64,000 nucleotides of DNA from Chiloscyllium plagiosum (taxonomy: Eukaryota). The notes under the pieces are model-generated. The model saw only the letters and a list, made by a program, of their open reading frames with translations, did no database searches and was not told where the DNA came from. The stretch lies in NCBI RefSeq assembly GCF_004010195.1, contig NC_057719.1:16573532-16637531 (forward strand). Direction: 5' to 3'. Position numbers and translations under genes: made by a program. This document shows positions 12,101 through 25,386 of the stretch, one piece after another (the stretch's first letter is position 1; each line of letters starts with the position of its first letter).

Positions 12101-14225
12101 TAATGCCAGAGTGCACAGTGTTTTTACTCACTCGCCTTACCCAATATTATCTCTCAATATCAAAATTTCTCTCAATTTATGGTTTCATGTCATTGTGAAA
12201 ACTTACCTCAAGGTCCTACTTTCTGAACTTTCTCCTGTATGATTTGAGGTCTGTTTGACTGTTTAATTGAACCTAGTAACGTGCAACCAAAAGAAAAGTG
12301 GACTGCTGTAACAATTGATTCAACAGTTGCTTTATTAATTTATTCAGTGGACTCACACCACATGGCCAAGTAAGATAGTTGTACGTAGTTGTAAAAAGAG
12401 AATTGCATTAAATCAACAGCATGGAACAGATTGTTCTTTGCTCCACAAGGCCTGCCTCCCACCTTCCTTCATTTCATCCATGAACATAACTACCTGATTG
12501 CTTTCCCCTCTGTGTGTTAACCCAGCTTCTCCTTACCTGCATCTGTTATATTCATATCAACTACTCTGTGTGATAATATTTTCTTTCTCCACAATTTGCT
12601 GTTGTGTTTATTGGGGTTATCTTGTATTTATGGTTCTTCATTTTTGACTCCTTCCTAGATGTGGCTCCCTTTATGAACAAAAGTGTTCTATACTAACATA
12701 GCACTGGAGGTGAGTGATAGGATTACTAGTTTGTGTGCATTACCCTGCTTGCCCGTGTGAGAGTCCTCAGTCAGTCAAGCTGTCTAGAGGGTGATGAGAC
12801 AGAATGAGACGTGTAGAGTGCAATTGCAAGGAGTAATTGGGCTAAACATGTACATCACTCAAACTAAGAGTCTTAAAACTAGATTCAAAGGAGACTGAGA
12901 CCATGTCAGTGGAGGTATTCCCTCAACATTCACTGGATGTTGAGACAGAGCAGAAAAACCAGGATGAAAAGGTGTGCTGTTTGTTAATTTTGAGTTTGCA
13001 TGCAGGGTTTAAGAAAATACTTGTAAATTTACTACAACTTCCCATTTTACGGCTATGATTTTCTTCGTGAACAGCATGAACAATGACCTTACAGTGGACT
13101 CCTGTGTTCACTATTTTATCAATTAAGGGCAATGCTAATGAATGGAAACTCAGTTTGTACCCAGTACGCCCCGTAGATTGTGATGCTGTAGTAAACAAAC
13201 ACTTTACTGCTCATTAAAAATAAAAATTCAATCTTTGAGATGGTCCTTGTAAACAGGCGTCCGCTTGATTCCATTCCTGCTTTGATTGTTTATTTGGTGT
13301 TTGGCTAGTTTGGATTACGGGAAACCATGTCCACTTGCTCGCTCTCTGGGTATCTCCATTCTAGCAACCAGTTCAAATAATTGTTGAAAAGCAGGATCTT
13401 ATGCATGAGCTCCTGGTGATTTTTCTTTAGTTCGTTTTATGGGATATGGCATCTTGGCAAGGTCAACCCTTATTGCCCAGTTCTAATTGTCATTGAGAAT
13501 TGTGAATGTGTTGAAGTTTAAATGCCATTAACAGACAATGTATGTACAGCTAACTACTTTGCTTTTTGTTTTCTGAGCTACTCCCCAAGCATTTAATCCT
13601 TGAGATTCCAAGCATACCAGTACTTATTGCTTCCAATACTGAGGTCACTGTCAGGCTTAGGAGCAGTGCTCACATCATCATTTATCAGAAGACCTGTGTT
13701 TTGTCAGTTTGTAGTCTTGTTTGCAAGCACTGTCTCTGAGATTGCTACTCAGATTCACACAGGGTGGTCTAGAGTGGGTTTAATGTCAGGTTTCTGTCAA
13801 CGAATATATCGTGTTCCACCCAAGATCGTGATATATGGTCTACAAACCCTTACTTTTTTTAAAATAAGCCAACAGCAATTGATGCTTGTTATCTTTTCAT
13901 TTTACTACCAATTGTTGAATTCTCAAATGAAAGCTGATCTCAACTGGTGTAGAGTCCCCACTGAGTAGTGAGAGATTACTGTCTTGTGATACTTCCTGTG
14001 GGAGTTACCTGGATGATGAGAGGAAGATTTCATGCTCTGTGACCACCATGATCCCCATGTGAAAAGTAACAACTGGACCAGGCAAGGCGAAAGGAAAACT
14101 TGCACCTCTGTAATGTCTTCCACAGCTGAAGGAAGGATGTCTCAAAACAATTCATAAAAACATAAGCTACACTGGGGACAAATAGAAGCATGACCCAACA
14201 AGATGTCAGTGTCATCAGGAGAGAT

Positions 14226-14431
14226 ACAAAGTTAAAAATCACACAATACCAGGTTATAGTTCAACAGGTTTAAGTGGAAGCACTAACTGTCAGAGTGCTG
14301 TTCCTTATCACCACCTGATGAAGGAGCAGCGCTCTGAAAGCTAGTGCTTCCAATTAAACCTGTTGGACTATAACCTGGTATTGTGTGATTTTTAACTTTA
14401 TGCACCCCAGTCCAACATCGACATCTCCAAA
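14226..14431. mobile_element. Fold-back PLE family B mini-insertion
   Basis: Inverted arms meet near 14310. Right arm has the tail CCCCAGTCCAACATCGACATCTCCAAA. 14-bp TSD TCATYAGGAGAGAT at 14212-14225 / 14432-14445. Confidence 0.88.
14312..14346 (+). ncRNA. Minimal hammerhead ribozyme motif (family B)
   Basis: cac-CTGATGA-A-GGAGC(agc)GCTCT-GAAA-GC-TA^gtg. Helix I CAC/GTG, palindromic AGCT. Confidence 0.7.
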
Positions 14432-15797
14432 TCATTAGGAGAGATGACGGTGAACTAGATGAGGCTATAAGATACAACGTGTCGTCATTGGAATTGCTGA
14501 AACATTGAGCTTTTCTTTATTAAAACAAAACAAGTGAAAAGTTCATGAAGTTTAACATTTGATGGAAATCTGAAATTGAAGCACAAATTTCTGGAAATAC
14601 TGAGCAGGACTGGCTGCTTCTGCAGAGAGTGAAACCGAGGTTTTGTTTACGGACACGAATGTGGCTGAGGGCCCAGAAGTGAATGAGACAAGGATTGGTG
14701 GTCTTATCCTTTTGACTGTCCTCATTATCAAAGGGTCATGATTCAGTAATGCCAAAGTATCACAACCGGACAAGTTGAAGCAACAGGTTGCAACAGCCAC
14801 CTCTCCCTTTGTGAAGTATAACGTTTTAACTAGCTCGGTGTTATCAAGCACCACATTCTAACTAGCTGGGCTAACCTACCAGGATAGTTCGGGGGCGAGA
14901 GAAATTCACTGGCTCTATTTAGGTGGGCAGAATGGAAAGAAAAGATCCACAGAGGGGAATGCTGGAGAATCCTTGAAGGTGATTGACAAAGCCAACAACA
15001 ATCCTGAGAAAATAACAAGGCTTTCTATTCATGTGGACCAGATCCATAGATTCACTTCAGTGTTTTAGTATTTTGCTTCCAAAACCACAAAGATGCACAC
15101 CTTTTGATAATTAAGGTTCTTTAACATTATCTGTTTCTCTCCCTCCTTTACCAGTGGGACATGTGCTGAGCCTCTCAGTAGGGCGAAACCACAGTCATGC
15201 AGCAATTAGACGGCACCGGTGTGGAACATAAGGCTGTACTTATCCTGGTTTTTAAACACTGTGCTCAGCACAATAGCCTATTCCCAGTTAACTGCTCTCT
15301 AATCCAGTGTTGTTTTGGAGGATTAAGATCATGCAAACACCCAACCACAGGCATTCAAATCCCCAGGCTGAATGCAGTGGAAACCCTGATGGGGCATGTC
15401 TCGAGTGAATCCCACATCATCAGGGGACAGGCTGATCCAATTGCTCTGATTTACTTGTTTACTGAACAGACACAAACTCTCCAAATTTGAAATGACAGCG
15501 CATTGAAATTTTAAGTTGCCATTAATGCGGAAAGGAGGGAGATTTTAGCACCTGTCTCGGCCAGCGTCCATCTTCGATTCCTGACTGGATGTTGGATTCA
15601 GAGACCAATGGGCCTGACTTACTTTTGCATTGTTCCGTTGCTGGCCAAGGGAGCCTGCTGCCTTGATTCCTAATTATAATTATGATTGGATTTCAAAAGT
15701 ATTTGTTTGGCTGTAAGGGGCTTCAGGACATGCTGAAGTTGTCAAATCACCCTATGCTCAACTTTCATCAGCCCCCCCCAACCTTGTTGCTGATACC

Positions 15798-16099
15798 AGA
15801 TTAGATTAGACTCCCTACAGTGTGGAAACAGGCCCTTCAGCCCAACAAGTCCACATACCAACCCTCCGAAGAGTAACCCACCCAGACCCATTCACCTACT
15901 CCCTACTAATGCACGTATTACTATGGGCAATTCACCTGATCTGCACATCTTTGTGGAGGAAACCGGAGCACCCGGAGGAAACCCATGCAGACACAAAGCG
16001 AATGTCCAAATTCCACGCGAACAGTCACCTGAGGCTGGAATCGAACCCCGGTCCTTGGCACTGCGAGGCAGCAGTGCTAACCACTGAGCCACTGTGCCC
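15798..16099 (-). mobile_element. HE1-type V-SINE
   Basis: Same head, core and tail as the other copies. Confidence 0.9.
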
Positions 16100-16604
16100 T
16101 TGAATGTTTGCCTCCCACCTCAACAACTCAACACTCTTCTTCATTATTTCCCATCCACCTTTCTCCATAAATCTCCAACCAACCCAGCACTATAACATGT
16201 TACCCTGTCTCTCACAATCTCTCACTGGTTGGCCACCGACACTGACTACCCACTCCAAAACCCGACAAATGAAATTCACCATTGTTAACCTACATACCAC
16301 TCTGTAGCTTCTCATCACTCAGCCTGTCCAATTTCCTCCCAGCTATATCTCTCTTTCTGAGCACTGCCCATTTTGGCCCTGGATGTCTTCCTCTCTTAAG
16401 AGTCAGAAATCACAGGATACCATTTGACACAGTGCCCCATGCCAGCTTGGGAAGGTTATCCAAGCTTTGTTCCCTAGACCTTTAATCATTCCCCTGCGTG
16501 TTCTTTTCTCTATTCAGCTATATAACTAATACTTTACAAAAGAACCTTTTGAATCTACTTCTATCACACTTTCAAGCTGTTTTACTGCACTATTAGATTC
16601 TTTT

Positions 16605-17070
16605 TGTTTAATATCATCAATGGGACATGGGTGTCACAGGCTGGGTCAGCATTTATTGTTCAACCCTTGAGAAGATGGTGGTGAGCTGTTGCCTTGTACT
16701 ACTGCAGTTCATTTAGAATAGGTTCATAGACAACACTGTTCGAGAAGGAAAGAGAGAGCACCAGGATTTTAACCCAGTGATACTGAAGGAATGGCAATCT
16801 ATGTTCAAGTCAGGATGTTGAGTGGTTTGGAAGGGAACTAGCAGGTCTTGCAGCCCTTTTCCTTCAAGATGGAAGCGGTCATGGGTTTGGAAGGTACTTT
16901 CTAAGGAGTCTCTGTGAATATCTGCAGTATCTGCAGATAGTACACACTGCTGCTACTGCACATCAGTGGTGGAGGGAACAGACTATTGTGGATGTGGTGT
17001 CAATCAAGTAGACTGCTTTGTCCTGGTTGGTGTCAAGCTTCTTGAGTATTGTTAGGTGGGTCCTGCCTTC
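16605..17070 (-). mobile_element. LINE 3' fragment (CR1/L2-clade, GGCAATAAATGCTG-type tail)
   Basis: ATGGGACATGGGTGTCACAGGCTGGGTCAGCATTTATTG...TCAAGTCAGGATG...GCTTTGTCCTGG. Homologous to 25885-26250, 29870-31200 and 47950-48160. Confidence 0.7.
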
Positions 17071-18100
17071 TAAAAGGTTTTCCCCTAACCTGTAAAACTC
17101 CTGCTTGAACCATGTTTTGACGTTGCTTTCAAAGTCATCCTTCCTGACCTGTGCTTCTGGCTTGATGCCCAATTCCTTACGTCTATTTGTGAGGCATGTC
17201 TCTGTAAATGGGGGATGCTGCATAAAAAGCAAGTTGGCTGTTTCTAGCACTGTCTTTAAATTGCTGCAGTTATTACACAGACCCAGGAGTTTAACAGCAC
17301 CTCAAAGGGTGCAAGGCACCCTGCTGAGAATTCATGCCCAGAGAGCCGATAAAGAACACAGAGCTCCCAATGCTTTAAATCTGAAATGGAGACACAGATT
17401 GCTTGTAATATGGGTACTGGCCTGTACACAATTACAAGGAGAAAACAAATGTTTCAGGAAGGAGCCTTTCTGCAGCTTGGCTCCTGAGGTATTAACATGT
17501 TTTAACTCTTTTCAAATTCTCACTGGCTTGCTGAGTATTTCCAACATTTTCTACCTTATTTCTGATTCATAATTCACTGAATTCTCTCCATGTGGAGCAG
17601 CTTTGTTCGAGCAGGCAAGCTGTGCATGGTTTAGTTGCAAGAGCAGAACATCTCTTGAAGTGGTATTGAACTGCAAAACATTTTCACCCGTCTCTCGTTA
17701 TCTTTCTTGCGACATGGCGGTTTACATGATTTCTCAATTTCCCCCCCCTCTAAAGTCAAGTAAATACCCAACCCTGGTACAGTAATAGGACTTTAGCAGG
17801 CAATATCTTGGTATTGGCTCAGCTGTTCAGGGATCAGTCCACAGTAACTCAAGACAAAGGGTCAGACGTGAGCCTGGGTAAATATCTATCTTGTAATTCC
17901 ACCAGGGTGAAGTGTAATGGTTTTTGAACTCAAGCTATTACTTCCATAAGTCTTTGATTTCAGGATTATGACATCTCCTTGCAGCTTGTAAGGGAGGGTG
18001 TAGAAGGGGATTTGACGCCTGCATTCAGAGGCTAAACCCATAGCTTGCAGTAGCCAGATGGATAAGTAGTTAGAACGCAGGGCTCGAAGAATAAAAAGTC

Positions 18101-18319
18101 GAGTGTGGTGCTGGAAAAGCACAGCAGGTCAGGCAGCATTCAAGGAGCAGGAGAGTTGACGTTTCGGACAAAAGCCCTTCATCAGGCTTCATCTTTTCGG
18201 ATCTCGGGCTTTTGCCCGAAACGTCGATTTTCCTGCTCCTCGGATGCTGACTGACCTGCTGTGCTTTTCCAGCACCACACTCTACTCTAATCTCCAGCAT
18301 TTGCAGTCCTCACTTTTGC
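18101..18319. mobile_element. Fold-back PLE family A mini-insertion
   Basis: Inverted arms 18101-18186 / 18206-18282, 37-nt tail, exact 18-bp flanking duplication CTCGAAGAATAAAAAGTC at 18083-18100 / 18320-18337. Hammerhead core on the minus strand at 18158-18185. Confidence 0.9.
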
Positions 18320-18712
18320 CTCGAAGAATAAAAAGTCTCCAGCTAAACCTTGTGCATAGTGACCGTGGTTCAGTATGTGTTGGTCAACTCTTGCTGCATG
18401 TTTCATGCATTTTGTCCAAAGTTGAATCTCTAAAATCTGCCATAATGAAGGACCTTCCATCTCCTGTAGAAATTGATGAAAAAATTGTGTGTTGCCAAGC
18501 TATACTGTACAAACAATGCCTGAGATATAGGTGTTATAATTTGTACTATAATTATAATCCAGGTATTAGTTTTATGTTTTATTCATGAAGAAGAGAAAAT
18601 AGTTTTTCCAAAACGATACAATGAGATTGCACAAAGTTGTATGCTGGAAAGCAACTGAGATGGCACTTAAAAAGAATATATATTAGTGAGGGTCCATTAA
18701 AAACTGAAAACC

Positions 18713-18882
18713 AAAATACTCTGGATGCTGGAAATCAGAAACAAACTCATATTTCTGGAAAAACACAGCAGGTCTGGCAGCATCTGTGGAGAGAAAGCAG
18801 AGTTAAAATTTCGGGTCCAGTGACCCTTCTCCAATTCTGACAGACCTACTGAGTTATTCTTGCAAATTCTGATTTTGTTTCT
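18713..18882. mobile_element. Fold-back PLE family D mini-insertion, older
   Basis: Tail-bearing left arm (GATGCTGGAAATCAGAAACAAA...CAGCAGGTCTGGCAGCATCTGTGG...) plus a short inverted arm CAGACCTACTGAG...TTTTGTTTCT. Possible TSD ACTGAAAACC/ACTGGAAGCC. Confidence 0.7.
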
Positions 18883-19326
18883 ACTGGAAGCCTCGACTTG
18901 TGCATTGAAAATAAGTGCCTGCCAACTTGTGAATTGTAAGTAAATGGACCTTCTCATTACACTAATGTGTCCTCTCTAATACAGAGCTTGCCCCACCATA
19001 GCTGAGGCATTATTCCAGTTTAATGGGCTCGGTTTTGCTGCTCCCCTCTTCCTCCCTTCACCCACCTCCACATCACCATCCATCACTCTCAAACATACTG
19101 ACTCCTGCTGGTTACTCCTAGAAGCTTCAAGAGTACTTTGGCTTTCCTGAGGTCATGAAAGGTGCCATATAAATTCATTTTATGAATTTACTTATGTCTT
19201 TAAACATGATATTAAATAGTGGTTTTGATGAGGTGTACAATCCCAGGACTTGTCTTGGCCAGGGATCCCTAAGTCATCAGGATAGTCAAAACATAATTGT
19301 TAAGGGCAGTCTGGAGGGATTCTGAA

Positions 19327-19441
19327 ATATTTTTTAATCCACTTGCTCAGAGATGTTATTGTACACATTGGACCAGATAGGACTTGAACCCAGCCCTCCT
19401 GTTTCTGAGGTAAAGACACTACCACAGCACCATAAGAGACC
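19327..19441 (-). mobile_element. Short (~115 bp) tRNA-derived SINE
   Basis: Reverse complement: GGTCTCTTATGGTGCTGTGGTAGTGTC (A-box) ... GGGTTCAAGTCC (B-box) ... ATAACATCTCTGAGCAAGTGGATTAAAA. Confidence 0.65.
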
Positions 19442-19451
19442 TCCAGAGGGA

Positions 19452-19610
19452 TTGGTTTGGAGGAGCCAGTGTTGGACTGGGGTGGACAAAGTTAAAAATC
19501 ACACAACATCAGTTATTATCCAACAGGTTTATTTGGAAGCACTAGCTTTCGGAGCACTGTTCCTTCATCAGGTGCTTGTGGAGTATAAGATCGTAAGACA
19601 TAGAATTTAT
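19452..19610 (-). mobile_element. PLE family B 3' end, single arm, with hammerhead motif at 19540-19574(-)
   Basis: Reverse complement cac-CTGATGA-A-GGAAC(agt)GCTCC-GAAA-GC-TA-gtg, followed by the family B terminus and tail. Confidence 0.82.
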
Positions 19611-20721
19611 AGGATTCTGATATGCTGAGATAAAATATTGTGTATGTCAAGTGTGGGAATTGGCCACCTTTAGGCAATGGCTTTTCAATGTGTTTGATAA
19701 GCACAGGAATGAATGGCTTTGATGGCTGTTTCCATTGTTCTTTTTCACACAAACCTTTCGTAACATCTTGATGAAGATTACAACAAGTTGAAAAGATTTC
19801 CTGATCAAGCCATTAGATACTTAGCACCAGCAGGAAGGAGAGAGTCAGGCTGTCTTGATATTCATACACCCAGTTCCTGATAAATCAACAGTGTGTTGGT
19901 TGCAACGTGCTATTTGTATATACTGAACTCCCAAACCCTTTGTGTATTGCACCGGCCGTTTGGGGCCCAGTCAAACTGTGGGGTTTGTTTGAGGATAGGA
20001 TAAGCCTATGAACTTTTGACACAACTAAAGTTTTGCAGATCTTGCACACAAAAGGAAACTACTTACTGCAAAATGAGAAATGAGGGTGGTCAGTAAGCAG
20101 ATAAAAGCGCAGTGGACGGAAAGTGAACCTGTGTAACAGTGACTGCACTTCAAAGCAGTTTGTTGTATACACTTTGGGAGGTCTTGAGATACCTGATCAC
20201 TGAGCTTTTCTCTGGGGGAGGGGTCTGGAAAGGAGTTTGAATACAACTTGGAGCAAAAAAAGCTTTTTCAGATCTCATGGCTGGAAGGGTTTGATCAGAG
20301 TGACTGGTAGAATGGATAATGGCAAGCAGTAACCTGGAGCCAGAGTCATGTGGGAGGGTTCAGTGATATACAGCTGGGTAAGGTCACTTTGATAGACTGA
20401 AGCAAGAATATGGGGGAGTTTGAAAAACTGTTCCACAGCTGGGAGTATACAATTTTTGCAGCTTGAGGAACAGACAAGTGCCAGCACTGAAAGAAATCTT
20501 TAACTGTTTATTGTTTTAATAAATGATCTAGGTAAAAGCAGAGATAGAGTGCAAGTTAGAATATGACAGTAATGACGAAAGCAAATTGGTCCAAAGAAAT
20601 TTTCAGTGCTGTCGATAGTTCAATGGTTGTGGCATTGAGAATTAATATAGATAGAATCTAAACCTATGTATAGCACTAGTGAAACTTGGAAATCTTAGGT
20701 AAAGCTTTCTGTCACTGATCT

Positions 20722-21025
20722 CTGTAGGGTGGGGGTGTCAAGACCAGGGGGCATATTTTTAAAGTGAGAGGAGAAAGATTTGAAAAAGATACATGAGGGG
20801 CAATTTCTTTTACACAGAGCGGGGTTCACTTGTGGAATGAACTTCCAGAGGAAGCGGTGGTTGTGGGTACAGTTAAAATGTTTAAAAGACATTTAGAGAA
20901 GTACATGAATAAGAAATGTTTGGAGGGATATGGGCCATGCGCAGGCAGGTGGGACAAGTTTAGTTTGGGATTATCTCGGCATGGACTGGTTGAACCGAAG
21001 GGTCTGTATCCATGCTATATGACTT
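20722..21025 (+). mobile_element. CR1/HER1 LINE 3' end
   Basis: GTGGAATGAACTTCCAGAGGAAG (WNELPEE)...GAACCGAAGGGTCTGTATCCATGCT. Confidence 0.85.
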
Positions 21026-21665
21026 GCCATGTTATACTTAAAATGTATGCTTGCTATTTCGTTCAAAAACTGATTGAATGATTAGGCATTTCAGTAATTT
21101 CCTTATCATTTGTGTAAACTTTTTCTTTGGTTGGATCTGTAATCTGTGAATTAACCATCATCCTGGAACCAGACCTAGAATATTCCTCATCTACTTGCTA
21201 AAATCTGCAATAATACATTGAAGTAATCAGGACTGCTTATTAATATCAAACTGTTTGACAAGCAGACTTCACCTTCCTGCAGGGCAATTGCCTTTTGTAA
21301 AGATTACTGTGTAGGTCTATCAGGATGATACCAGAGATGAGAAACTAAAGGAATGGAAATCTTGAGATACCAAAACTTTCCAGTAAAACAGAGAAATAAG
21401 ATCGGAAACTAAATGATTTTTATTATTCAATTGCAAAAGGTTTATTCATGTTAGGGGAGAACATTTCATCTGTTGGAGAGTCCATGTGAGGAATCATCAT
21501 TTTAAAATGATAGACAGGGACTGAGGAGGGAAGTTAGGAGAAATCTCTTGAACAGTGTATTCTTGGAACAGCAAATGCTTTGACACAAAGGGTGCTTGAG
21601 GCAGGAACAGTTGCACCCAGTCAAGGAAAGTAGCACCAGCACAGATACGATGGGCCAAAAAGCCC

Positions 21666-21797
21666 CCTTCTGTACAATGAACATGATTCTAAGAGAGTTG
21701 CAGAGAGTGATAGGTCTTCAGTCTGGTGGTGGATAAACATTCTGAAGACCTATCACTCTCTGCAACTCTCTTAGAATCACGTTCATTGTACAGAAGG
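21666..21797. repeat. 56-bp near-perfect inverted duplication with a 20-nt spacer
   Basis: 21666-21721 is the reverse complement of 21742-21797 except for one A/G difference. Confidence 0.95.
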
Positions 21798-21810
21798 AGG
21801 AGGCTTTTGT

Positions 21811-21933
21811 GCATTTCTGCAATACTCTTTTTCAGTTCTGCAGTGAAGTGGCAGCCAAGATTTATGTTCAGGTCTTGTGGAGCAGGACTTGAATCCACTC
21901 CCTGGTACAAGTGCAGCCAGAGAGCCAAGCTGA
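21811..21933 (-). mobile_element. DeuSINE 5' (tRNA) portion
   Basis: TCAGTTCTGCAGTGAAGTGGCAGCCAAGATTTATG...GGACTTGAATCC, homologous to 45880-45992. Confidence 0.55.
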
Positions 21934-22427
21934 CAGTCAAAGGGAGTTTGAAAAGATAATTTTCTCCAAAACCTGCTTTTATCAGTTTCTGTAGTGTCAA
22001 TCATCAGGCAACAAGCTGTAGAAATTATTAAACAGCAAGTTTTCTATCATGAGCAGTCAGCCAACCTGATGAGTGTCTCCAGATTTTTTTGTGTGTTTTT
22101 ATTCTTTCAGAATTTTCAGTATCTGCACTGTTTGGCATTTCACTGATGGAGAGCTTCATTCCCAACTAGTCCTGGAACCTAAAGGGTCAAGATCATGATA
22201 GCTGGTTACTGAAGCCGAGTGGAAAATGCACGTTGAAGGGGTGTTTGAAGATAAGGAGTGGGAAAGCAAAAACTAAATAAACAGCCCCAAAGATATTGAA
22301 GTATAGAGCAATGCGATAAAGGTGCATTGCTGTAAGGGGCACCGTCTGTGATTAAAAACACTCTCAATGATTTCACCAGTGGAGTGTGTTTGCATTGTGG
22401 CTGTCTTGTGATGGAAACTCTGTTATG

Positions 22428-22980
22428 ATTTGGAATACTGCGAACAATTCTGGTTGACCTTCTACAGGAAGGATGTTGTTAAACTTGAGAGAGTGCAGAA
22501 TAGATTTACAAGGATGTTGCCAGGACTGGAAAGTTTGGGTTATAGGAAGAGGCTGAATAGGCTGGGACTTTTTTCTCCTGGAGCATTGCAGATTACGGAG
22601 TGACTTTATATAGGTTTATGAAATCATGAGGGGGATGGATATGGTGAATAGCCAAGGTCTTTCTCCTAGGGTAGGGGAGTCCAAACTAAAGGGCATAGGT
22701 TTAAGTGGGGGAGGGGGAGGGAGAGAGAGAAAGTTAAAAAGGGCCTGATGGGTAACTTTTTCACGCAGAGTATGGCGTGTATGGAATGAGCTGCAAGAGG
22801 AAGTGGTGCAGGCTGGTACAATTACAACATTTTAAAAACATTTGTATAGGTATATGAATAGGAAAGGTTTAAAGAGATATGGGCCAAATGCTGGCAAATG
22901 GGACTAGGTCAGATTGGGATGTCTGGTCGCACAGACGAATTGAACCGAAGGGTCTGTTTCTGGGTTGTACAACTCTCTGA
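22428..22980 (+). mobile_element. CR1/HER1 LINE 3' fragment
   Basis: TTGGAATACTGCGAACAATTCTGG (LEYC.QFW) through GAACCGAAGGGTCTGTTTC. Confidence 0.88.
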
Positions 22981-23191
22981 CATGTGATCTTTCATCTCAG
23001 TTTGATTTTTCCAGCATATCCCTGTCGCGTACTGGGATCGTTCAAATGTTGTTTTTGAAAGACTGAGTCTTCACCACCAATTTATGACATAATTTACCAC
23101 CAGTTGCTGTTGGCTGCGTCAGGTACCCACAGATTTGAATATTGAGTTTTGAATATGAGCTCATTGTGGTACCCATTGGACCGACATCCTT

Positions 23192-25386
23192 AGACAATAG
23201 GTGCAGGAGTAGGCCATTCTGCCCTTCGAGCCTGCACCACCATTCAATAAGATCATGGCTGATCATCCTTAATCAGTATCCAGTTCCTGCCTTATCTCCA
23301 TAACCTTTGATTCCACTATCCTTGAGAGCTCTATCCAACTCTTTCTTAAATGAATCCAGAAACTGGGCCTCCAATGCCCTCTGGGGCAGAGCATTCCACA
23401 CAGCCACCACTCTCTGGGTGAAGAAGTTTCTCCTCATCTCTGTCCTAAATGGTCTACCCCATATTTTTAAGCTGTGCCCTCCAGTGTCCAATCCTTTAAT
23501 AATCTTATATGTCTCAATCAGATCCCGTCTCAGTCTTCTAAACTCAAGGGTATACAAGCCCAGTCGCTCCAGTTTTTCAGCATAAGGTAGTCCCGCCATT
23601 TTAGGAATTGACCTCGTGAACCTATGCCGCACTCCCTCAATAGCCAGAATGTCTTTCCTCAAATTTGGAGACCAGAACTGCACACAGTACTCCAGGTGTG
23701 GTCTCACCAGGACCCTGTACAGCTGCAGAAGAACCTCTTTGCTTCTATACTCAATCCCTCTTGTTATGAAGGCCAGCATACTATTAGCCTTCTTCACTAC
23801 CTGCTGTACCTGCATGCTTACCTTCATTGACTGGTGTACAAGAACACCCAGATCTCTTTGTATTGCCCCTTTACCTAAATTGATTCCATTTAGGTAGTAA
23901 TCTGCCTTCCTTTTCTTGCCACCAAAATGGATAACCATACACATTTATCCACATTAAACTGCATCTGCCATGCATCTGGCCAGTCACCTAACCTGTCCAG
24001 ATCACCCTGTAATCTCCTAACATCCTCCTCACATTTCACCCTGCCACCCAGCTTAGTATCATCAGCAAATTTGCTAACGTTATTACTAATACCATCTTCT
24101 ATATCATTAACATATATTGTAAAAAGCTGCGGTCCCACCACTGATCCCTGCGGTACCCCACTGGTCACTGCCTGCCATTCCGAAATGGAGCCGTTTATCA
24201 ATACCCTTTGTTTCCTATCAGCCAACAAACTTTCAATCCAAGATAGTACTTTGCCCCCAATACCATGCGCCCTAATTTTGCTCACCAACCTCCTATGTGG
24301 GACTTTATCAAAAGCTTTCTGAAAGTCCAGGTACACTACATCTACTGGATCTCCCTCGTCCATCTTCAGAGTTACATCCTCAAAAAATTCCAGAAGATTA
24401 GTCAAGCATGATTTCCCCTTCATAAATCCATGCTGACTCTGACCTATCCTGTTACTACTATCCAAATGTGTCGTCACTTCATCCTTTATAATATACTCCA
24501 GCATCTTTCCCACCACTGAGGTCAGACTAACTTGTCTATAATTTTCTGCTTTCTTTCTCCCACCTTTCTTAAAAAGTGGTATAACATTAGCCACCCTCCA
24601 ATCCTCAGGAACCAACCCCGAATCTGTTGAACTCTGGAAAATAATCACCAATGCATCCACGATTTCCCGAGCCACCTCCTTCAGTGCCCTGGGATGTAGA
24701 CCATCAGGCCCCAGGGACTTACCAACCTTCAGACCTAACAGTCTCTCCAACACCAATTCCTGGCAAATATAAATTCCCGAAAGTTCAGGTCCTTCAGCCA
24801 CTGTTACCTCAGGGAGATTGCTTGTGTCTTCCCCAGTGAACACAGATCTGAAGTACCAATTCAATTCTTCTGCCATTTCTTTGTTCCCCGTAATATATTC
24901 CCCTGTTTCTGTCTTCAAGGGCCCAATTGCCTTTCACATGCCTAAAAAGGCTTTTACTATCCTCCTTTATATTTTTGGCCAGTTTACCTTCATACCTCAT
25001 TTTTTTCTCTGCGTATTTCCTTCTTAGTAATCCTCGGTTGTTCTTTAAAAGCTTCCCAGTCTTCCGTTTTCCAACTTATCTTTGCTATGTTATGCTTTTT
25101 CTCTTTTAACTTTATATTTTTCTTAACTTCCCTCGTGAGCCATGGCTTCCCATGCCTCCTCCTAGGATCTTTCTTCCTTTTTGGAATGAACTGATCCTGT
25201 ATTTTCTGCATTATGCACAGAAATATCCACCATTGTTCCTCCACTGTCATCCCTGCTAAGGTATTGCACCACTGAACTTTGGCCAGCTCCTCCCTCATAG
25301 CTCCATAGTTTCCTTTATTCAACAGAAATATTGTCACTTCCGATTGTACCCTCTCCCTCTCAAATTGCAGCTTGAAGCTTATTGTA
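23192..25386 (-). mobile_element. 5'-truncated CR1 LINE with a broken ORF2 (reverse transcriptase)
   Basis: ORFs 24990-25502, 23890-24918 and 23273-23944 give QHGFMKGKSCLTNLLEFF, YLDFQKAFDKVPH, GVPQGSVVGP, FADD and VRPHLEYCVQFW. Frameshifts and small internal deletions near 24927 and 23480. Confidence 0.95.
23273..24918 (-). pseudogene. CR1 ORF2 reverse transcriptase, frameshifted
   Basis: RT motifs split over two reading frames, with a shift near 23940. Confidence 0.9.

Noticed and set aside
15140..15230. Polypyrimidine tract plus CAG suggesting a coding exon
   Set aside because: No convincing donor, and stops follow quickly in all frames.
17105..17572. 155-aa ORF
   Set aside because: No recognisable domain, non-ATG start, and it runs into a decayed PLE terminus.
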